From IMG/VR virus record IMGVR_UViG_3300025319_000005, positions 127,289 through 191,288 of that record: a stretch of DNA of 64,000 nucleotides; one strand, 5' to 3'. Of this stretch, positions 57,823 through 64,000 are shown piece after piece. The position numbers and the translations under genes were made by a program. Under the pieces are notes generated by a model. The model searched no databases. It worked only from the letters and a program-made list of their open reading frames with translations, and was not told the origin of the DNA. Each line of letters begins with the position of its first letter. Within the stretch, counting starts at the first letter, position 1. Origin of the DNA: a virus.

Positions 57823-57858
57823 AAAACAAAAAACCCGAACTCTTTTGTAAGTCCGGGT
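57823..57858 (-). terminator. Attenuator terminator of tRNA operon 2
   Basis: ACCCGGAC..GTTCGGGT followed by TTTTTGTTTT; homologous to 49401-49433. Confidence 0.85.
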
Positions 57859-57886
57859 GTGTTTATGTTGTTTTAATTTTAATCTT

Positions 57887-57976
57887 TTACGATTCAAAAG
57901 GACAATACACACCCGCTCGGCTTTTATTACTAAAACTCGATTTGTTAAAATGCTTATGTGTATTATTTGTTGTCAT
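57887..57976 (-). CDS. Leader peptide of tRNA operon 2 (29 aa)
   Basis: MTTNNTHKHFNKSSFSNKSRAGVYCPFES*; contains antiterminator strand CGGGTGTGT. Confidence 0.8.
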   Translation of the reverse strand: MTTNNTHKHFNKSSFSNKSRAGVYCPFES

Positions 57977-57994
57977 TTTGTATTCTTAATATTC

Positions 57995-58110
57995 TTTAAA
58001 TAGTATAAAAAATTATTTTTCTAAAAATTCTTATTATCAATTATAACGCAAAGATATAATTAAAGTTTCAAAAAAGCAAATTTATTTTGATTTATTTTTT
58101 ATTTCATTAA
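57995..58110 (-). promoter_or_regulatory. Promoter block of tRNA operon 2
   Basis: TATCTTTG at 58049-58056 and CTATTTA; duplicate of 49625-49740. Confidence 0.75.
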
Positions 58111-58118
58111 AAAAGGTA

Positions 58119-58398
58119 TCTCGGGTTTTCTGATAATTTGCCGTTGTCATACTGATTAGAGTCGAACTAATCGTGTTGCGTTTCTACATTTCTACAATTT
58201 ACATTTTTACAAAGTCGGCCTTTTTGATTCTATTGCCTTTTCCATAAGGATGTCTTGTGAGACTTGTTTTTTGTATTTATCTCCTTTCGAAGTTAATTAC
58301 TATGAACGTTTTTTAGAAACTTTCTTGAAACTATCTGGTGTATCGTCACCTGAACCTATCCGGTAAATGTTGCCGGAACCATCCATACTGGCCCGAGA
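58119..58398 (-). ncRNA. Candidate structured RNA of about 280 nt
   Basis: Closing stem TCTCGGG/CCCGAGA; T-arm-like GATTAG-TTCGACT-CTAATC; TGTA repeats. Confidence 0.5.
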
Positions 58399-58404
58399 AT
58401 GTTT

Positions 58405-58941
58405 TTATTCAGAACTCATAAGAGATTCTAAATCTACATGAGAAAAAGAAAGCTCTATTGTTTTTTGATTTAATATTTCAATTTCATTTTGAGTGGTTCT
58501 GTACTTTGTTTTGAAGTGTGAAATTTTACTTTTCACTTCCGTAGAAGTAACAGCCGGAATATATTCAACTTTTATTGATTTTCTTGTTCCGTTTCCAAGG
58601 TTCTCAAATTTTGTTGTTTTTGTTGGTTTAGTGCGAGCTAATGCATTTTCATAAATTGATAATAGCAATTTGTTATTATGCATAGAGCGAACTTTATTGT
58701 CTACTTGATTTTCTTTGTTAAAAGAAGAAATCTTTGAATTTATTTCTTCAGAAAATCCAAGGGCTTTTTCCAAACGAGAAACAGCTTCTCCAAATTTTTT
58801 AATATCTGCCTCATCAGTAATGACCTGGTCATCTTCTTTAGTTGAACCAAGTGGAGCTCTAAAAGTTTCACTTTGAATAGATTGAACTGATTTAGAAATT
58901 TCATTTTTAAGTCTTAGTGCTTCTGATACAGTAATGTTCAT
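58405..58941 (-). CDS. DIP1984/DUF6847-like coiled-coil protein
   Basis: ITVSEALRLKNEI..Q.EI..LN..TIE. Confidence 0.55.
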   Translation of the reverse strand: MNITVSEALRLKNEISKSVQSIQSETFRAPLGSTKEDDQVITDEADIKKFGEAVSRLEKALGFSEEINSKISSFNKENQVDNKVRSMHNNKLLLSIYENALARTKPTKTTKFENLGNGTRKSIKVEYIPAVTSTEVKSKISHFKTKYRTTQNEIEILNQKTIELSFSHVDLESLMSSE

Positions 58942-59007
58942 GATGATATATTTTAATTATTTATTGTTTGGGATACAAATGTAATAATAAATTTAATACA
59001 AACAAAT

Positions 59008-59157
59008 TTATTTACATTTTTCTTCTTTAGATAACTCTTCTATAATAACAGAAAGTTGTCCACATGCGGCACCGTTGTTAATTTCTGATTGAGTTGCCAC
59101 TGCTACGGCATATTCAAAACCGCTTTCTTCTAATTGTTTTTTTATTTCTTCGTTCAT
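59008..59157 (-). CDS. Stand-alone C-terminal fragment of an RlmN/Cfr-like radical SAM enzyme (49 aa, not in ORF track)
   Basis: MNEEIKKQLEESGFEYAVAVATQSEINNGAACGQLSVII.. Confidence 0.75.
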   Translation of the reverse strand: MNEEIKKQLEESGFEYAVAVATQSEINNGAACGQLSVIIEELSKEEKCK

Positions 59158-59169
59158 TTTTTTGTTTTT

Positions 59170-60057
59170 TTAAATTAAAGTTAAACCGTTAAATCCAAAT
59201 TTTAAATTCTTACCATTAAATACAACTAAATTAGAAGGATGTTCTGGCTTTAAAACGCATCTTGAGTATGCTTTTACAACCTCTATATCTAATTTTTCTG
59301 GTATATATAAATAGTTATTACATTTACAACTATCAAAATAATTCCATTGTTTTGATAATAACATTCTTTTCGTTTTAAAATCAAAACTCGAAAAGTCTAT
59401 AAAATTTTCTTTACAAAAGTCATTAATTTTCATCAAAGAAACAAATCCAACATCATATATTTTTAAAAAATTTGCAAATTCTAAAAATTCGTATATTTCT
59501 TTCTCAGAATCAATATTGTTTTTAATTAGATTACAACTTAAATGTAGTAAGTTTTTGTTAATTAATTTTTCTTGAGCTCTTTTTAACTCTACGGTAGATA
59601 ATGCCTTAAAACCTAAAATTTCATTATTCTTAACATCTTCATAGTGATGTCTACTAATAGAAATGCTATCAAAATTATTTATTTCGCCATTCTCGAATAA
59701 ATTTAATAATTGAAATCCATTTGTGTTCATTACAAGAAATGTTTCCGGAAAGTAAAATCGAATTAAATCAATTATTTTATAAAGTTTTTTTAGTTCTAAA
59801 GTTGGTTCACCTCCAGTGATTGATATTTTTTTAACTTCAATTTCTTCTTTTAATGAAATTAAAGTTTGTTCAAATTTTTCAAAATCAAAAGCGTTTGCTA
59901 CATTTTTAAACTCACAAAAAGAACAATTTGCGTTACATCCATTTAATTGAACATATAAATTAATATACGGTTCCGTTATTGGAACCATTTCACAGCCATT
60001 TAATGAACAGTTATGAGATTTTAAATCTATAGTTTTCCCAAAAATAGTTGTTTGCAT
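59170..60057 (-). CDS. Radical SAM protein
   Basis: CNANCSFC, ITGGEP and NTNG motifs. Confidence 0.9.
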   Translation of the reverse strand: MQTTIFGKTIDLKSHNCSLNGCEMVPITEPYINLYVQLNGCNANCSFCEFKNVANAFDFEKFEQTLISLKEEIEVKKISITGGEPTLELKKLYKIIDLIRFYFPETFLVMNTNGFQLLNLFENGEINNFDSISISRHHYEDVKNNEILGFKALSTVELKRAQEKLINKNLLHLSCNLIKNNIDSEKEIYEFLEFANFLKIYDVGFVSLMKINDFCKENFIDFSSFDFKTKRMLLSKQWNYFDSCKCNNYLYIPEKLDIEVVKAYSRCVLKPEHPSNLVVFNGKNLKFGFNGLTLI

Positions 60058-60059
60058 TT

Positions 60060-60371
60060 TTAACAGTGGCTAAAATTACTTGTTTTACCTCCTCTACCAC
60101 ACGGATCTACATCAGAAGAATTAGAAGAAGATTTTCTCTTTAAGTCTTCAATTTCTTTTTTTAATTTTTCCAACTCTAAACATTTTTTATCTAATTCAAT
60201 TTGTGTTTTACACTTTAATTTGAATTCTTTCAAAACTGCTTCTGAAATTTGCCCAGTATCAACAAGTGTTTTTTCTGCTGCTTCAACAAAAGTTTCCATA
60301 TCGTTTGGGTGAGTTTTAGAAAAAAATTTATAATATTCTTCCAAAAATGCTATTTCGTCTTTTTTTGCCAT
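60060..60371 (-). CDS. Hypothetical protein ending DPCGRGGKTSNFSHC
   Basis: Operon ORF between two radical SAM genes. Confidence 0.65.
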   Translation of the reverse strand: MAKKDEIAFLEEYYKFFSKTHPNDMETFVEAAEKTLVDTGQISEAVLKEFKLKCKTQIELDKKCLELEKLKKEIEDLKRKSSSNSSDVDPCGRGGKTSNFSHC

Positions 60372-60378
60372 GTTGTTT

Positions 60379-61164
60379 TTATTTTAAATTTACACCTTCA
60401 ATAACTCCTTCTCCAAGATGGTTATTATTAGAAACTTCATTTGGATTTATAGGACTTAATTTAATGAAAAAATTGTCCTTATCAAAATTTTCTTTTAATT
60501 TATCAATATTAAAATCACTTTCATCAACTAAAGTCATGTTTAAAGTAGTTTTTAAGTTGCTGAAAGTTTTTATTTTTCCAAGTTCTGAAATTGTCATTTT
60601 CTTTTTGTATGGAATTAGCCAATTTCTTTTTTCATCTTCCAGTGAATGCAAAGATACTTGAAGAGTGATATTATCTTTTATCCAACTAAAATCAGCATCT
60701 TTAATTCCAATTGTAGAAACATAATGATGGGTATTTGAATACAAACTTGTAATTCTACGAATTGCTTCTTTAACATTTTCAACATTAAGTCCGAAATCAC
60801 CCATTCTGGTATAATTAATTTTAAACTCCTGGCTTTTAGATGGATCAATATCTTTATTTTTTTCAATGACAAACATTACTTGTTCAACTATTTCCTGAGC
60901 TGTTAAATTTCTCCATTTTTTCATTTGTCCAGTTGCACAAAATTTACAACGAATAGGACATCCTGACATTACGCTTACACCAATCATATAGCGCTCTTTT
61001 CGACTTCCTAAATTTTCATCTTTTAAAAAATTTTGGTGTTTACCTATTGCGTTTTTTGTGTAAAATGGAAGAAATGTATCAGTGGTTTCTATCAACATTC
61101 CATCTTTTAACTTTAAACAATACACGGCTCCATTTGAGAATTCTTTTTTACCGGCGATTTCCAT
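60379..61164 (-). CDS. RlmN/Cfr-like radical SAM protein, N-terminal part
   Basis: VSVMSGCPIRCKFCATG..RNLTAQEIVEQV..MGD..VSTIG..LQVSLHS; lacks the C-terminal ACGQL. Confidence 0.8.
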   Translation of the reverse strand: MEIAGKKEFSNGAVYCLKLKDGMLIETTDTFLPFYTKNAIGKHQNFLKDENLGSRKERYMIGVSVMSGCPIRCKFCATGQMKKWRNLTAQEIVEQVMFVIEKNKDIDPSKSQEFKINYTRMGDFGLNVENVKEAIRRITSLYSNTHHYVSTIGIKDADFSWIKDNITLQVSLHSLEDEKRNWLIPYKKKMTISELGKIKTFSNLKTTLNMTLVDESDFNIDKLKENFDKDNFFIKLSPINPNEVSNNNHLGEGVIEGVNLK

Positions 61165-61165
61165 A

Positions 61166-61414
61166 TTATTCTAATTCTTTCTTAATTTTTAATTTAGCTT
61201 GTTGCCTGGTTCTGTGTTTTTCAACCTTTTTTTCAGTTTTAATATCTGCTCTTTCTCTTTTAGCATCTCCTATATTATCATAATTTTCATAAGAAGTATT
61301 ATGGTCTATAAAAGCCGGAGTATTACGTTTATCTCCGGTTAAACAATAAGGTTTCATTTTCCTTTGTTTTATCCAGTTTTTTATTTTTTTGTTTATTTTT
61401 TTAGTTCTGCTCAT
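61166..61414 (-). CDS. Small basic hypothetical protein
   Basis: KKVEKHRTRQQAK C-terminus. Confidence 0.55.
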   Translation of the reverse strand: MSRTKKINKKIKNWIKQRKMKPYCLTGDKRNTPAFIDHNTSYENYDNIGDAKRERADIKTEKKVEKHRTRQQAKLKIKKELE

Positions 61415-61438
61415 ATTTAAAAAGTTGCAAATTATTCT

Positions 61439-62344
61439 TTAATGTCTTTGTGGGTCTATTTTTTTATGACAATTAACACAACAAGTTATTCCATCAATAT
61501 TTTCATGTTCTTTTATTACTAATATAATTAAATTTTCAAATTCCTCATTATTTAATTCTGCTATTTTCCTTCCACTTAATATACCTAAAACTATATCATT
61601 AAATGATTTACTTTTATGATGCACTTCCAATTCTCTATTTTTAACAAAACAAAATTGACATGTAAAATCATCTCTTATCAATATTGGTTTTACCCATACT
61701 GGATATAATCTTGTTCGTATAACTTGATTTCTTTCTCTATTTCCTTTCCAAAACCAATGTTTTTCTCCGGTTACTTTCTTTATTCTTCCAGACGTATAGC
61801 CTTCAATTAGTGATTTTGAAACTTTTTCTTTTGTTTCTTCATTTTTCATTGGATTTTTATTACCCTTCATTCTGTCTGAATTTAATTTTGATACTTGTTT
61901 TTTAGTTAATCTTTTCTTTTTAACAGTTCTTCCATATTTTTTTATAGATGGATTATTGTCAGATTTCATTAAATCCACTATTTTCTTTTTATTTTTTTTC
62001 TTACATTTTTCACATTTTTTTCCTAATATTATTCTGGATTTTGTTTTTGTTGCATTTCTTTTTACAGTAGCATAAATTTTGTTACACTGTGGACATTTTA
62101 TTTTTTTTTCTACAGTTTTATAATTGTTATGTTTGGTACCTTTACATTTCTCACACAAAACTTGATGTTTTGTTCCTGTAAATTTGTTTAAACAATACTT
62201 ACACTCTTTATCTTCATGTCTTTGCTTGTAGTTTTCTGATGCTATCTTATTAGAAAGTATTCTTCTACATTCCTTAGAACAAATTTGCTGAACTTTTGTT
62301 CCTACAAATTTAGCATTACATATTACACAATTTTTATCTTCCAT
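61439..62344 (-). CDS. HNH homing endonuclease (Zn fingers, NUMOD3-like)
   Basis: RDDFTCQFC..LEVHH..GITCCVNCH. Confidence 0.85.
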   Translation of the reverse strand: MEDKNCVICNAKFVGTKVQQICSKECRRILSNKIASENYKQRHEDKECKYCLNKFTGTKHQVLCEKCKGTKHNNYKTVEKKIKCPQCNKIYATVKRNATKTKSRIILGKKCEKCKKKNKKKIVDLMKSDNNPSIKKYGRTVKKKRLTKKQVSKLNSDRMKGNKNPMKNEETKEKVSKSLIEGYTSGRIKKVTGEKHWFWKGNRERNQVIRTRLYPVWVKPILIRDDFTCQFCFVKNRELEVHHKSKSFNDIVLGILSGRKIAELNNEEFENLIILVIKEHENIDGITCCVNCHKKIDPQRH

Positions 62345-62433
62345 ATTATTTACACCAACTTAACATACGTGTCAATTGTAAATATATGTGAATTTTATTT
62401 CAAAACAAATTATTAATAAAATGTTGTGAATTT

Positions 62434-63168
62434 TTACTGAAAAGCTGGCAATAAATCAGAAACTTCTGATTCGTGAAGTATTATTCCATTTTGGGCACAG
62501 AATTTTATAATTGACAAACAACTGTCTTTTTGGGCAGGATGGTTTCCATATGCCTTTAATTGATTGAAATATAACTGATGTTTCTCAGACTCTTGTCTTC
62601 TAACACATCCCAATGTAAGTCTTTCATTTGTTTTGTCATTAAAAACACGAAAACCTATATAATGTTTTTCAATTACATAATTATAATATGAAGCAATGCA
62701 ATGATTCATTGTTGAGCCTTCATGATTTAATTCGTCAATAGTTGCAATCAACTCTATTCTAATATCTCCATATGCACCTGATAATTTAACGAATGGAGCT
62801 ACTGCTTTTTTAAACTCTTCAGCGAGTTTTTTATCTAAACTTCCATCGGTTTTAAACTCGGATACAAGTTTATTATGAAGAATTTCAACAGAATATTTAT
62901 TGAGATTTAAAATTTCATTTTCGTCTCTACCATAAATCTTTAACATGCGAACTGTGTCTACATATATCGTCAAATAATCTTTACCAGACACAGAAGGTTC
63001 ATTCATACCTTGAGTGAAAAATGATTGTATTTGTTCAAAAGATAAAATTTCACCATCACCAAAATTACAATTTAATCTCAGGAAGAATTTTTCAATATCT
63101 TCTTCAGTGGAAAATTGTTTTAATATTTCTATTTGGTCCGGTGTTATTTTTTTGAGAGTTTCGGTCAT
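62434..63168 (-). CDS. PcfJ-like domain protein
   Basis: EGSTMNHCIASY..RLTL..NQLKAYGN. Confidence 0.75.
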   Translation of the reverse strand: MTETLKKITPDQIEILKQFSTEEDIEKFFLRLNCNFGDGEILSFEQIQSFFTQGMNEPSVSGKDYLTIYVDTVRMLKIYGRDENEILNLNKYSVEILHNKLVSEFKTDGSLDKKLAEEFKKAVAPFVKLSGAYGDIRIELIATIDELNHEGSTMNHCIASYYNYVIEKHYIGFRVFNDKTNERLTLGCVRRQESEKHQLYFNQLKAYGNHPAQKDSCLSIIKFCAQNGIILHESEVSDLLPAFQ

Positions 63169-63216
63169 GAATATTTTTTACTTAATTAAACGATAAAGTT
63201 AATAAAATGTTTCCAA

Positions 63217-64000
63217 TTAACTTTTTTTATTTAAAAATATCTTTATCAAATCTTTAAATACGGTACTTTCTACTTTATTTGATTGCGTAAACGTTTCTTC
63301 ACCATCTAAAACTTTGGAAATAACTTTTTCTTTTTCTTTCAATAAATTCATTATATCTTCATCAATAGTTTCGCAGCAGTATAGTGTGATAATTTGTACA
63401 TTGCCAATTGTTGTTGCTCTATGAATTCTGTCATGAGCTTGCGTATTAATGCTTGGACTGAATGACTGAGAAATCACAATAGCAGTATTTGCTATAGTGA
63501 GTGTTATCCCAACCGAGGCGGCGCCTAAACTTCCAAGAAACACCATAACTTCACTATCTTTATCCATGAATTTTTGAACTGCTTCATTCTTTTCATCCAT
63601 TGATTTCTTACCGGTAAAAACCACCGATTTATTACCAAAGTATTGATGTAATTCGTCAATGTTTTTTAAAAATTCTGCAAATACAACAATTTTTTCACCA
63701 TTTTCAATATAATTTTCAATTATCTCAATGGCTTGTTTTGTCTTTATGGAGCAAGTTATTTGTTTTAGTTTTTGGGCTTTAGCTAAGTATCCCAATTCGG
63801 TTTCTACTTCTGTAATTTCATCAACAACACCTTTTTCAGCTTTTTTATATTCTCGCCACTGTTCCAAAGAAAGTTCAATAGGAATGTCGGTAAAAGTTTT
63901 TGGAGGTAAATGCTTAAGGATGTCTTCTTTTTTTCTTCTTATAAAATATGGAGATATTCTTTCGCTTAATTCTTCTAAATTAGAATTTCCACTAAAATCC
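63217..64000 (-). CDS. SNF2-family helicase, C-terminal part (5' end outside window)
   Basis: IRRKKEDILKHLPPK; KIVVFAEF; SVGITLT..QAHDRIHR. Confidence 0.9.
   Translation of the reverse strand, partial: DFSGNSNLEELSERISPYFIRRKKEDILKHLPPKTFTDIPIELSLEQWREYKKAEKGVVDEITEVETELGYLAKAQKLKQITCSIKTKQAIEIIENYIENGEKIVVFAEFLKNIDELHQYFGNKSVVFTGKKSMDEKNEAVQKFMDKDSEVMVFLGSLGAASVGITLTIANTAIVISQSFSPSINTQAHDRIHRATTIGNVQIITLYCCETIDEDIMNLLKEKEKVISKVLDGEETFTQSNKVESTVFKDLIKIFLNKKS

Noticed and set aside
58119..58398. tmRNA
   Set aside because: A T-arm mimic is present, but there is no Ala acceptor stem with G3:U70 and CCA, and no tag frame was recognised
2785..61283. Numerous 60-115 aa antisense ORFs inside long genes
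   Set aside because: Shadow ORFs with F/L/S/I-rich composition typical of the reverse strand of AT-rich genes
1..64000. Stop-codon reassignment
   Set aside because: Known enzymes are full length in the standard code and no suppressor tRNA was seen

Overview
AT-rich 64-kb segment of a large T4-like/jumbo bacteriophage, read in the standard genetic code. The host is most likely a Bacteroidota member, since TAnnTTTG promoters recur and Shine-Dalgarno sites are almost absent. Enzyme genes include thyA, a dNMP kinase, nadD, a single-chain PheRS, cysC plus a sulfotransferase, DNA methyltransferases and radical-SAM proteins (including a split RlmN-like gene). The window also has homing endonucleases, four PcfJ-like paralogs, and many putative head-packaged proteins that share an N-terminal tag and an upstream CTATTTA motif. 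Two minus-strand tRNA operons hold 22 tRNAs, an RNase P RNA and unassigned structured RNAs. Main finding: each tRNA block is preceded by an unannotated leader peptide and a terminator (with a clear antiterminator in two cases), and each leader's codons match the tRNAs downstream. This suggests a ribosome-stalling attenuator that turns on phage tRNAs when the matching host tRNAs are depleted. Other notable items are three non-canonical GAA-anticodon tRNA-like RNAs and mosaic ORFs made of capsid, portal and sheath fragments. All assignments come from manual motif reading; no database searches were run.
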